Shown one piece after another: positions 26,061 through 40,520 of a stretch of 64,000 bases of DNA. The notes beneath the pieces are model-generated. The model saw only the letters and a program-made list of their open reading frames with translations. It had not been told where the DNA came from and ran no database searches. The position numbers and the translations under genes were made by a program. Source of the stretch: Octopus sinensis (Eukaryota); the NCBI RefSeq assembly GCF_006345805.1, contig NC_043008.1, positions 16,120,001-16,184,000 on the forward strand, written 5' to 3'. The stretch's first letter is position 1. Each line of letters begins with the position of its first letter.

Positions 26061-27656
26061 AACTGAATTAGGGCTATATAAAATCATATAAGAAACCATA
26101 TCCAAGTGCATTAGAACGGAAAAAGGATTTTACTCGCAAAATCAGTCACTCCTCAGGTGAAATTCCTAAGAACGCCCTGAAACGCGCGTAGTCAATGTAC
26201 AAGCACTTACTTTAATACATTATATTATTGTATTTTATTGTTCAATTTATATTTATTTGATTTTAGATTAATATTTTTATGATGAATGTTTTCTTTGTAA
26301 TATATTCGAGTTTGTATGTTACATGTCTCACAACATGGTTTTGGACAGTTTCTTCATTGACTGAGTTGTGGAATGGTGGTTTATCTCTAAATTAGTTATA
26401 TATATATATATATATGTATATAAGTGACCAATTAGAGTTTGAGTATACACTTAGTATACATTTAGTAGTATGCTTATGGAAGCGATTCCACTGTGTAGGT
26501 TACTTGTTGTTATCCAGAGATTTTATCTAAATGTCCCTGGATCTACATAAATATTCTGCAGTGTCCGTGAATTTTCCAATACAGTACAATCTCGTCGTGT
26601 TGCATCACCCAGTTCAGATGACTTTGTCAGGTGACTTGTGTTAAAGAAGTCATCTCGCTCATTATACTTAGTTATAGAGTATCCTACCCACAAGGGACCG
26701 TTGCGTGATAAATAAAGATTCTCGTAAACTCCATCTTCCGTTTCCCTCATTCGTTACATATGTTTATATATATTTATGTAAATATTTTAATACATGATGG
26801 ATTGAACTGGATGTATTACAAATCACTACTATTGTTTCTGTGCATCATTATTAGATGGTTATTGCCGGATGTCACATATATTATACTCATTATATTACTT
26901 AGAGGCATTTCGTCCGCGTTTACATTCTGAGTTTAAATTGCAACGCGGCTTAGTTTGCCTTCAATCCTTACGGCATGTAAGGATGTAATATATACCACAT
27001 GGGTCCTAGTTTCGAGGTAGTCCATTTATCAGAGCATGGGGCAGAATTACCAAATGACAATTAGGAAAAGTTTCATTGAGAAAAATAAACTCAAGAACCA
27101 GGACAATCATCCAAACGCTTCTAAAATTACAGAAGAGGACAAGCCTACTGTCTAAACGTAGTGGCTCAGTCACTGTCCCCTATTTTTCTATCAATAAACT
27201 CATTATCATGACAATTCTGGTAGCCCTCTTCCGCACCGCATCCAAGGGACATACACGTATATGTAATTTACATGAACTAACACCCACCACCCATACACAC
27301 ACTCACATACACATATGCAGTTATATATATATATATATATTATATATATATATGTATATATATATATGCATATATATATATATATATATAATATATATAT
27401 ATACATACATACATATATACATACATATATATATGTATGTATACGTATATGTGCGTGTATGTATATGTTGATATATAATATATATATATATATATATGTG
27501 TGTGTATGTGTGTGTGTGTTGTATCAGTATTTATAGGGAAGGAAAGGTAGTAATATATACTATGAGAGACTGATAAATATTCATATATACTCATACACAC
27601 ACATACACACATATACATATATATTAAATATATACTCATATACATACATATACTAA

Positions 27657-27701
<45 letters not shown>

Positions 27702-28210
27702 AGCTTGTTTGTGTGTGCGTATGTGTAATGTGTGTGTGTATGTGTATGTGTATGTGTGAGTGCGTGCGCGTAGTATATTTCTAGATAGAGGCGAAACAGA
27801 GACGCAAGAAAAGTACTTACAATGAAATCGAAAAACATAGACAGATGGGATATTTTACGTTATAAATGATGCTTGCATTATAAATTAAACGGTATTGTGA
27901 TTTATTTACTACTGCGGTGAGATATGGACACTAAATACTTAATATCTCGGTTGGAATCAATGAAGAATATCTCGATGGATAAATAAAAGCTGCGAGTTTT
28001 GCAGTAAATGGAAATCAATATATTTAAAGAAACTTTCCGAGTCGATAATTTTAATTGAGATATGATACGTTTTTCTCCCAAAACATGACACTTTTATCTG
28101 AATTCTCTTTTACCAGACTTATGTAGCGAAATACTTTGCTGCAATCATTTTCCCCCGACTGTTATACACAATAGAATTAAACTAACAGACCAAACATGAT
28201 GACTGCGCTT

Positions 28211-28244
<34 letters not shown>

Positions 28245-28361
28245 ATTTTTTTTTAGTGTTTTGCTTTTGTTTACTTGTGGTTGTTCTTCGTTGGATATTA
28301 GCCAAAATTTCTCGTTCTGCTTCGTAGATGTTCTCGTTATACCACTACTGCCGCCGCTGTT

Positions 28362-28394
28362 GCTACTACTGATGCTACAACAACAACAACAACA

Positions 28395-28427
<33 letters not shown>

Positions 28428-28438
28428 GCTACGAATAT

Positions 28439-28471
<33 letters not shown>

Positions 28472-28803
28472 CACTACTACTACTACTACCACAGCAACTA
28501 CTACTACTACTACTATTACTACTACTACTACTACAACAGCAACTATTACTACTACTACTACAACATCAACTACTACTACTACTACTACTATTACTACTAC
28601 TACTACTACTACAACAGCAACTACTACTTCTACTAATACTACTACAACAACAACTACTACTACTACTATTACTACTACTACTACTACAACAGCAACTACT
28701 ACTTCTACTAATACTACTACAACAACAACTACTACTACTGCTACAACAGCAACTACTAATACTACTTCTACTACTACTACAACAACAACAGCAACTACTA
28801 CTT

Positions 28804-28839
<36 letters not shown>

Positions 28840-28845
28840 TTGGTG
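28362..28845. repeat. Long imperfect (ACT)n/(ACA)n trinucleotide tract
   Basis: Directly visible; explains the poly-L/Q, poly-V and poly-S ORFs. Confidence 0.95.
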
Positions 28846-30799
28846 CTGCCGCGACATACTTCATACTTCATAGAATTACGCATACATAAGCACTATGCTC
28901 TTATTTCAAATATATATATTTTTGTGCCTGTGTTGTGTGTATTTGTGCGTGTATTTGTATGTGTGTGTACATACGCTATAATATTTACCTTGTCCTTTCT
29001 AAAACAATAGGATGTTGTTAGAAATCCACCTACCTTCTAACAGTAACATGTCAAACGACTAGTAATATCTTTTTACTTCGACTATATATAATTGAGTATA
29101 TACTGTCGAATAATTGTGTATTTCACCGATGCAGTTTTAGCAAATTCACATTAGATACCGGGAAATGATTAATGATATTACATGAACGGCTGACCCCTAA
29201 TACTGTAATTCAAATAATATTCAAAACCAGTTTATAAACCGAAGAGGGCGCTAATTTTCTATACGGTAACTAACACTGTGGTTTGTTTTATGTACGTTAT
29301 TTGATGTTGCATCTTGAGAAGTGATAACTTTTATGGTTCCAGAATATGACAAAATCCTCATCGACTTATTGAAGGAAATATCAATGAATTGTTGGCGATC
29401 GAACTAATTCGTTTCTTATTCAGATTCTCATAGCAGGAACAACAAGCTAAGTTACTACCAAGATTTTTATGTTATTTCATGTCAAATATAAAGTAATACC
29501 TTATTACTGACGTAATTGATAATGGCCAAAATCGTGATATAAATGGTTTGTATATATATATGTGTCCTTATATAATTTACACGGTTGATATATATATAAT
29601 TAGATTTAACTCATTGAACAGAGTAGATGCGATTTTTATTGCCAAAGATCATAGTTATACTTTCCGTATCAAATCATACATTTTAATATACTAATTTTCG
29701 TTCAGATAATTGAAGATATGACTTGATTACTACTAAATATTTTGAGCAGATTATACATTTCCAATAACATAATCTTTGAATAAATAAGCTTACTTTCATT
29801 CCTTTAGTCCCATTGTGCTTTTCAAATAATTAATTATTATTGATTTCCGAAATACACGATGCAATGATAGTAACGTAAACTATAAATAAAGATATAATCA
29901 TAAATTACCCCAATTTCAGGGGCTTGAAATACGAGCAGTTAGGAACGGTGACTATTTCTACTACAAAGACGGAATCGTAGCTTCATTGTAGCTCAACATG
30001 ACGTTTGTTTCCTCCAATAATTTTTCGACGTGTAAAATACCTAAATTCAAAATTTAGTTATTATATATAATACTTCTTGCTCCCACGGCGTCTATGATAT
30101 CGTTTTCACATTTTATCAAAATGAATATATCATAGGCTTTATCTACAAAGTACGAAAAAATAACAGAATAACATGTATGTAATGATTTAAGATCCCGCAA
30201 ACGTAACACCTTTAAAACATGCAGTAACTTCATAAAGAAAGAAAGGAGGACACGTTTGGATATCACAACTAAGATATATTACAAAGTCGATTCAGAGATG
30301 ATAATCATACTTGTGTAACATTTGAACATAGGTGAGTTCGATGAGAAACAAATGTGTGATACATAAGCAACGTCAAATGATATCACTGCACCATCATCTA
30401 CTGTTTAGTACTAAGTCACCATTATGTATTTCACTACAGTCGTGAATATAGGCACTTACTAATGTTCGTATTAGGCCATTGACAATTATGTTTTTGATGA
30501 GGAATAATATACAGTATCGGGAACATGGTATTAGTGATAATGGCTTCAATTTTGCAGCAACATATCATATCAGCTTAGCCATGTGTTTCACTAATTGCAG
30601 ACCGCTATCATTGATTGATACACTTTCTGGTTTATGTCTGTAAAGAAATAGCTTTGATGAAACTTTTGTATGTCTTTATTAAATAACTCGATGCTTGAGT
30701 AGTCTATCAATTTCAAAATAGAAGGTCGATTCCAAACGTCTTGAGTCGTTTTGAGGAGAGTTAGTTACAAATGACCTAGATTATTGTAATGTTAGTATT

Positions 30800-31260
30800 A
30801 GTACTATACATCTAATAAGCTGGCCTGTTATTCTAGATTGAAAGAAATGGCTGTAACAGCATTTGAACACACGCTGTTAAACACTGTTTGTTACAGCTGA
30901 CTAGTTTGCAGAAGACAGTCGGGAAGTTAGAAGGCACGTTATGCAATAAATGTTTGGTTTAAACTTGGGAAAAACGCTCTAAGTACATATGGGATGTTCC
31001 AGCTTGCATATAGATTCCCTTGTATGAGCACAATAGATTTAAGGACGGAAGAAAGGCTGTTTGAGGCGATTAAAGTTGTGGGAGGGAGAGCGAGCTGAGA
31101 ACAACAGAGGCGGTGAAGAAAATTTGCAATTTCTTGATGAACATCGTCGTATGTTTATAAAGACAACGGCCAAGCGGCTTAAACTTGGTGTGGCAACTAT
31201 ACAGAGAATTATTCATGAATATCTGAACAAAGTTTGTTCCGTGGTGCTCAGTAAGGCACG
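30800..31260 (+). mobile_element. Mariner transposon 5' relic (N-terminal HTH region)
   Basis: Remnants YAI..FKLGKNA..YGM.Q.AY, RFKDGR, LKLGVATIQRIIHEYL..KVCS; frameshifted and deleted. Confidence 0.65.
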
Positions 31261-32330
31261 TCATCATAAGCAACTACTTGACAGAGATGGGCGTCAGAAT
31301 TATCCGTAAAGAAGTCACGACAGATTTGAACTTATAAATCGATGGCTTAAAGTTATGTATTTATTTTGGAGGAGTGGCATGATGTGGGGTAACCAGATTA
31401 CATATGGGTGACACGTCGCTTGTGAGGAATGAAGGGTGGTATCAACTCATAGGAGTGGGGAATTTGGAGGATGTTAGAAAGTAGTTTGTTAATGTCGGAT
31501 GTGTTAGTCCTGACGTCAAAAACTTTGAATAGAAAAGATCGCGATCATAATACGCAGTGATGGTCCATTCAGACAGATAAATGGCGACCTAAAAAAAACA
31601 GAAACGATTACATTCATCGGTGCGGAATTTTATCTCGCGATTGCTATTTTGCACGCCGTCGAATTTCTCTCTGACATAAACAACTCAGGTTTAAACAAAT
31701 TTAGTGTTATGAAATGGTCAACAGTCGAGTTCTACTGAGTGGTAGGATAGAAGGAGATCCAATGCCATACATTTCTTCAATCAGAAACTATGACACTGCT
31801 TGTAATGTGTGTCCCCACTAACATTAAGATATCGGAAATAGATATGCTTGGACTATACTTGACTGAGTCAGGATGATACTCTTCTTGGAAATGGAATGAA
31901 TTAGAGTTTGCTCTGAAATTCTGAGATACATAACTGAAAACAGATTGCGTAGGTGTGTAAGAAGATGAGGGATTTAAAAGATAAGCGGTGAAAAGACGGA
32001 ACTCAGAAGTATATGCTTTGCAATAATAAGGCAGAATTATCATACCTTGGTGTTTAAATGGTTTGAAGCGACCAGCACAGATTTCCTACGTGGAACATTC
32101 TCTTTTCGGGGAGACTATAATTGGTAAAGAACATTCATTCATCTGTTATATCTAACCTTAAGGAACGTTAATCATTATTTTATCTAGTATTACATACACT
32201 CAGTTATCTCTAGATTAAGTCTTATATCTCACTTCATCATCGGGAATAGATACGACATATACATACATATATATATATATATACATGCACATACATATAT
32301 ATGTATATATATATATATATTATATATATA

Positions 32331-32396
<66 letters not shown>

Positions 32397-32882
32397 TATA
32401 TATTTATAAATTTATTTATATATCAGAAATACAAAATATCTATATTATTAAATATATATTAAATATATATTAAATATATCAAACGTAGCGACATATATGG
32501 ACTACACATTTAATTCTTTGATTTCAGCTCAAATCCATAGAACAGAACAAATATCTTAACAAAGATCTATATCTAATGTAAACAATTTTCAGGAACATTC
32601 GGTGTTACTTTATTAATTTTTTAAAAACAAATATTTAATTAGTATTGATAATGACCTGAATGTTTTTACACAAGAAATGAGTATTATGAAATAACAAAAC
32701 GGAAATTTAGCAATAAACCAATAACAATGGAGTCGAGTAAAGAGTTATCGAAAAAAAAATTGTATCATTCTTTATAACATATACAACGCAATAAAAATTA
32801 GATGAACATATATATGTATACATATACATGCACGACGGCACACAAATACACACATGTACATGTATATATATATATATACATA

Positions 32883-33690
32883 CAGGTGTTGCACAAAATA
32901 ATGGAAACACCTTAAAATTTCAAACAAATTTACTTTAATATGTGGTAGGACCGCCTTGGGAATAATTACACCTTGTATTCTACGAGGTATGGACACGTAC
33001 AAAGTATGAATTGTTTTCAAAGGAATGTTTGTCCATTCTTCAGCTAAAACAGTCCCCAGTTCTTGTAGTGGTGATGGTATGAGATATCGACTCCCTACTT
33101 GTTTTTCTAAAATGCACCTCAAACGTTTAATAATATTGAGATATGGGGGCTCTGGTAGCCAGATAAGATATTCAACATCACTAGAATGTTCCTCGTATCA
33201 TTCAGTAACAACTTTAGCTGTGTGAATTGGTGCATTATCATCCTGAAAGATTACGTTTACCTCAGGAAACAGTCTGCAAACATAGGAAGAATCTGATGAG
33301 ATAAAATGCTTAAATAGACTTGACTATTAATTCTGCCCTGAAGGGAAACTATTGGGTTGGCGGATTTCCAAGATATAGCTCCCCAGGTCTTCACAGATCC
33401 TTCTCCATGTCTAACAGTTGGAAGAAGGTAGTTCTGGCCAAATGCTTCTTTTGGCTATCTCCACATGTATACTCGGCCGGTGGTCGGAAATAAGGTAAAG
33501 GATGACTCGTCCGAGAAAATAAGATTTTTCCAATCATCTTCTTGTAACATTAAGCAATTAATATTCAACTTCATATCAACTGCGATTTCGATTGTTGTTG
33601 GCTTTGAACTGATTTGGTTTCTATGTGTATGTACACTGTAAGTACGAGTACTGAGAAACGTCATACTCGATTAACAATTTGACAGTCATC
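32883..33690 (-). mobile_element. Tc1-family transposon relic with one TIR
   Basis: TA|caggtgttgcacaaaataatggaaacacc terminus; minus-strand WKNLIFSDESSF, FQDDNAPIHTA, LNII..L, LQEL..LAEEWTNIP (DD34E-type region). Confidence 0.88.
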
Positions 33691-33749
33691 ACACTCACGC
33701 ACGCATGTACGCTGGCACGCACGCACGCACACATGCACGCACACATATG

Positions 33750-33791
<42 letters not shown>

Positions 33792-33963
33792 TACATAGAT
33801 ACATGGATACATATATACATGTATATATATACGTATATATGTATATAGTATGGTTATATATATATGTATATATATATATGTGCATAAGATATGCGTGTGT
33901 GTGTATGTTTACACACACACATACAAACACACACACAAACACACATACACATACACACACAAC

Positions 33964-34047
<84 letters not shown>

Positions 34048-34709
34048 CGGGTAAGTGGTAGGTGGAGAGATATCAGGAAGTAACTTGAGAGATGTAGTGA
34101 TATATGGTTTTCCACAGATACTTATAGTAAACAAAAATCGACTTGTACATGGACGAGAGAAATTTAGTGTGAAGTCTTAACTAAAATAATTGTAAGTTCT
34201 ACATATTCATACAGGTCTCACATGCCCGTATTGTATTCTATATTTATCAATTTAAATTCTAGTCATAAATCTTATTTATTTAAGATTTTTCTTTGACATC
34301 ATGTCAGTACTGGAAAATTGATTTTTATACTTTATATTATTAATGGCCTAATCAATATCTTAATATAATAATTACAATAATAAATTTTCATCGGTTACAG
34401 TTTTATGCACATTGCACTGTAACTGCTCTCTTATACACACAAATGCACACATTCTAATAAGCACAGATACATACAAAAACAGTAAATTGGCCTGCAATAT
34501 TTTTATTACACACACTGAATATATATATATTTATATTTAACAGTGATTTCACTATTTACTCCGTCGGTTTATACAGTTTATATATATATATAACAGGGGA
34601 AGAATACTTACAGATCTCATATCTGTTAGGAAACGCACAGTAAACTTTTCACGGGAATATAATCATATTGTATATCGTTTCCTACTTTTCACGTATATAT
34701 ATATATATA

Positions 34710-34762
<53 letters not shown>

Positions 34763-34939
34763 GTGTGTGTGTGTGTGTGTGTATATCTTCAGCTATTGGC
34801 ATGCAATACATTTTCCATTTGGGAAATGGAATGATTGAAATGTTTACAATGCTATTCTTCATAAAATTATACTGTGGAAAGTAGTTGGCATTAGAAAGGC
34901 TATCAGACTGTAACAATCACGACAATCAAATATTGCAGC

Positions 34940-35045
34940 TCGGTGCAGTTATCTCGCTCGTCGAAACCTGTTGAATGGTCCAATATATGCCAGCATGAAA
35001 AAAGACGATATTAATCCATGACTATGATGATGATGATGACGAGGA
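34940..35045 (+). mobile_element. Possible RTE-type 3' tail with (GAT)n end
   Basis: atgccagcatgaaaaaagacg..gatgatgatgatga. Confidence 0.35.
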
Positions 35046-35583
35046 AACAATTTCACAAAGGCATAACAATAACAAGGCAAATATATTTTCATCATTTGGA
35101 CTTAGAGTGAAGAACTGCTTCAAGTATTGCTGTAAAATTCAGAACAAAACATCAAAACATATATACAAAAGTTGTAAATATAGAAAAGAAAATTATCGTA
35201 TATCCAATGATACATATAAAAGTACGTCATTCATATGTAAACATAGACGCTCACGTGCTTCTGTGTGTATGTGTAAAATTCAGCCACAATGCACCAATCA
35301 TTATTAATAAACTAGCATGAGCTATCGGCATACGCCATAGTTTCACCGTCTTTTCTGTGCGGTAAAGTGCACGCTTATAAATATTCTTCGTTCTGTAACC
35401 TCTTTATCATAGGAAATATCAAAGATGTAATATTTGGAGGAGATACGCTTAAACCTGTTCGTTTATATTTGTGTAAACTAGAGTTAATTGAAATGAAGCT
35501 CCTGAATCAAAGACTTCCTGCATCGACCGCTTTAGGAATCCATTTCAATCTGAGAGTTTTTGCATGAGATATACATACATAAA

Positions 35584-35790
35584 GGTGGCAAGTTGGCAGA
35601 GTTGTTAACACGTCGGGCAAAAGGCTTAGCGACATTACGTCGGTCTTTACATTCTGAGCTCAAATTCTGCCGAGGTCGACTCCCCTCTCATCATTTCGGG
35701 GTCGATAAGTAAGTAACACTCAATCCCTGGGGTCAAATTTAATCAACATATCACTTCCCCCAAATTGCATTCCTCATTCCTATCATAGAA
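35584..35790 (+). mobile_element. SINE family B, diverged
   Basis: ggtggcaagttggcagagttgttaacacgtcgggc..ctcaaattctgccgaggtcgac..ggggtcgataag. Confidence 0.75.
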
Positions 35791-37094
35791 AAAATATCTA
35801 CATACATATATGTACACATCTACGCGCGAACACACACAAACACACACACACACACATACATACACACACACACTAAGACACTTAGGTTTGTGTGTTTGTG
35901 TATGTATGTCTGTGTGTGTGTGTGTATAATAAGCGTGTACAATTATTTCGTATGTAAAATATATAAAAATTCATGCTAAATGATCTCTGTTCTATACATG
36001 TCTACTACTAGGAATGGTTTCATCGAATATCCGTATATAAACTTACATCTATTTTCACAAGAATATTCATGTATGTTATAAGGTATGTTTAAACGGGATA
36101 CAAATAAATTAATATGTTTAAATATAAATTTATCTGTTTCGTGCTTATTTTTGACATATAGTTAGAATTTTTAAATAAAATAAGAACGAAAATAAATTTT
36201 ACATTCTCTAAAACAAATTCTAATATCATTGTTTTATTATCTGAACTGAAGATAGTCACTGTATAAACTTCTAAACCACAACAAAAGAAGTTATATTTTC
36301 ATGATAATAACTTCAAATTCTAGCGAAAGGAATCAAAAGCACAAAAAGAAAAAAAGAAAAAGATATTACACGAGAAAATAATTTTTATAAAACCGCACCC
36401 CTCCAACAAAGATATGATTCAACGCTGTCCAGCTTTTAATAATAGAGAAATGAATTTAACTTCTTATGGCCTCACGTCATCAGTTGTTGTTTAAGAAAAC
36501 CGAATTACATTCTAATTATTTGTTTTAATTTTTTATAATATTTATCTATTGATTTAACAAGTCTGCTTTCAAAACAATAACAAGTGACATCAAATGTTTA
36601 AAGAAAAATGTCTTGTATTGCCTTAATTATTTCCCATTATATGGGAAGTATGCGAGAATAAAACGCAAGGCGTCTTTCAAATATTGTATTTTAGAAAAAA
36701 ATATGTTTTAAACTAAAGATATAGAAATCAATGATATGAATTCATTCCTGGTCAAAAGCTGTCGTTTCAAACGAACGTTATTAATTTCTATATTAAAAAG
36801 GCAAATTATATCAAGTTTTCAACTGAATAAAAGAAATCAATCTTCAATAATATGAATACCTTTTTCATTTTAATAACTATTTTGAAATTTTCATTATTTA
36901 TATTAATGTTTGGAAAAGCGTAGAGATTCGAGTGAAGCTTGCATTAACATTACTATAGCCTTCAAATGCGTTCATAACAGAATTGCGATTCCACAGTTTA
37001 GATACAACAATAGAAATAACAATATATATCTCAACTTGTCCTTCCTCAGTAAATCTTATATATATATATATATGTATGTATGTATATATGTGTG

Positions 37095-37195
<101 letters not shown>

Positions 37196-37239
37196 GATAT
37201 ATATATATATATATGTGTGTGTGTATATGGTTGTATCTA

Positions 37240-37475
37240 TGTGTGTGTCAGAGTGTTTGTGCATGTGTGCCTGTATTTATCCCCCCACAATCGCCTCACA
37301 ACCGCGGCTGGTTCCACTATGTCTCTGTGATTTAGCGGTTCGGTAAAAGAGCCGAAATGAATAAGTAGTAGGCTTATAAGGAACAGGTCCTGTGGTCGAT
37401 TTTTTGAAGTAACACCCATTAAGGGGTTGCTCCAGTATGGCTGCAGTCAAATGACTGAAATAAGTAAAAGAATAT
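37240..37475 (+). mobile_element. SINE family A, 3' half
   Basis: tagcggttcggtaaaagag..aataagtagtaggctt..ctccagtatggctgcagtcaaatgactgaaa. Confidence 0.8.
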
Positions 37476-39959
37476 AAGATTACACATGAATGGGTTTTCC
37501 CTAGGCTGACAACCCTACATCAAAAAATTGCTAAGGTACAGAAGCATCAATGATTAATCAAAATTAACGTGACTTGGGAGAGTAAAGTCAACGACACCCC
37601 CTGTGGAGCAATGAGCTTTAAAAAAACAGAACTTTGATTCCTTATACCAGTACCATATGAAATACAAATGCTTGTTAGTATGTCCATCACCCACAAAGAC
37701 CTGACAACTTCAACTGACATAGGCACAAGTTAAAGTTTTTATCGTATCCTGAATGTCAAATGGAGCAACTGAATGCGCATTGTTGGTGCTTTGAATCGAA
37801 TATTGTAGATATGCAGCAAAGATTACTCACTTAAACGACAATGATTGATATTTTAAAACCAGTTAGCTTTATTCCAAGAAATCGTTTACATTTATCTTCT
37901 GACTACGAAAAAATTCAGGCATTTAAGTGTATACATCCAGAGATACATACAAGATAAATCACATTATTTTCGAAAGTTATACAAAACTTGACGGTTTCCA
38001 GTATTCCCTTCACACCACCGAATATGGATCGAATCCTTTCCAATTAAACTATATATAAAGAAGCTAACGATAACCAATAATGTGTAGTACCATAACAGTT
38101 AGAGAAAAAAATAGAAATCAATAAATACGTCATATAGAGAATCACGAAATTTACACAGTTAATTAAGTGCAATATTCTTAATTACAGAAATTTCACTTGG
38201 TTTCGTTATTCACTCTTAATGATGCCGATTTATGCATAATATACATTGTGGCAATAATGTAATTTACATAAACGTTAAATATTCAACGTACTTTGTTACT
38301 TATCAATTAAGTTTTGAAATTATATGAAAAAATGTTTTATTAAAAAAGCCAAATAATATTTTTACGTATGCGTACAAATAGGGTAATGTTGAATTTTAGA
38401 ACTGAATTTGGTAAAACCCATTTCAAACCGTTAAACAAAAAAATATATACATACTATAGGAATTTACTTGTAATTACTAAATATTTGGAGAATACTTCAG
38501 AAAAACCATCTTTTCGTTAGATAATGCCAATGTCACATACATAGAAAGAGAATCACAAATAAATGCAGTAATAAAAAAAGAAGTTAGTTTCGTTTTATCA
38601 TTTGATATTTACTACATATTGTATATAGGTAACGTAAAATTAAAGAATTTTTGAAAAACGAGAGTCACATCCTTATGAGTATGGATACGACAGGAAGAGC
38701 TAAAAAGTATAAATGAACAATACAGATGATTTTGGTCTCCACTTTCCCTCTGGTAGTAAATAAAAAAAAAACTTGGTTTAAATCTCTGAGCTAGATATTT
38801 ACAGTTAGAATACCGGATGGTAATGCCACCAGAATGTCCTATAAAGGACAGTTTGTGTCCGTCTAGCCTTTGCAAGGGAGGTCATCGCTCCTATACCTAG
38901 TCTTACGAGATACTCACAGACCTGGGTTTCTGAAGTTATCTGTCCTCGCCGTGAGAAAACCAAAAGCTAGTGACGAAACCTCTCTCCACCTGCAAATATT
39001 ATCTCGAGACTTACGTAATACTCACAGACCTAGTGTATATTGAGATATAAGCCAATCAGTTCGCTAACTACATGAGGGGGACATATTCATTATATTCAAT
39101 CTTCTATTGGGGAGTGGATATAATTTAGACTGTTAAAGTCAAAATGGGTGGAGGTGAGAAAGATGGATGATATTAAAATAAAGTCGACATCCGGCAAATT
39201 TATTCAGTGATAAGACGGTAACCTGTATAACTAACAGACAAAACACAGGAAAGAGACGGTGCCAGGCGAAATATCTAGACTGATGTATGGATGTATGTAG
39301 CTATTTAGTAGATTAATTATATAGATTTAGTAGATTAAGGTCACAGAGGAAGTGTGATTACTGAAATACACGTGCACACACACACACACACACGCGCGCG
39401 CGCTTAGAATTTCAGTTAAAAAAAATTTAGACATTAGATCAACACTAGTAGAAAGATTAATAAGAAATATTCATAATATACCGAGCGGGGAAAAGAAAGG
39501 AATTAACAAAATAGGAAAAGAAATAAGACAAAGTAGTAAGATAGGAACAGAAATTAATTAATCATTAATGGAATATATTTGCAGAAGCTAGAAAATTCTT
39601 CGTCGAAGAATGATAATGGTTAATGCTTATGCCATTTAAAGAAAAATAGTATTTTCCAATGTATAATTACATATGCGTTTCCTTGCGTAAATCGGGACAA
39701 AATGCTCGATAATTACGAATAGAAATTTTACTTGTTTAGAGCAATAATTTATTTGAAATAAATCAAAATAAACGAAAAAAAAAATGACACACAAATGCAC
39801 TTGTATAGTAAATATGGGTTTACATATCCTTTCTACTATAGGAACAAGGCCTGAAATTTGGGTGAGTGGGTAGTGGAATACATCGACCCAACTAAGGAAC
39901 AGGTACTAAATTTACGGACCCAGACAGGATGAAAGGAAATGTCAACCGCGGTGAAATTT

Positions 39960-40338
39960 GAACTCAGAACGTAGCGAGGGCTGATATACGGTTAAGCATC
40001 TCGCCCGGCGTGGAATCGATTCTCCCAGATCACGGCGACTTAGTATGTGTTTACATATATTTATATAATAGAATATATTAATATATTAATATATTAATAG
40101 AAGCCTATGTCTGCAGTCGTATACGTACGTATATGTATATGTGTGTGTGTATCTTATTCTTATACTTGGTTCAGTTATTTCACTGCGGCCTGGACTTATT
40201 CTTTGTAAGGCTAGTGGTTAGTCTATAGGTCAAGCCATGGCGGGAGACAAACAAAGAGACGTGCCAAGCATAGGGCTGAATCCGGAACCATGTGGTTGGG
40301 AAGCAAGTTTCTTACCACACAGCCACGCCTGCGCCTAT

Positions 40339-40398
<60 letters not shown>

Positions 40399-40417
40399 TT
40401 ATATATATACGCAAACA

Positions 40418-40464
<47 letters not shown>

Positions 40465-40465
40465 C

Positions 40466-40520
<55 letters not shown>

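Noticed and set aside
37490-38040. Possible decayed 5' region of an RTE-like element (ggctgacaaccctac motif)
   Set aside because: Too eroded to translate convincingly.
38870-39035. gggaggtc / gaaacctctc pairing (type III hammerhead?) and two 24-bp direct repeats 108 bp apart
   Set aside because: No CUGANGA core or stem I; two repeats are not a CRISPR-like array.
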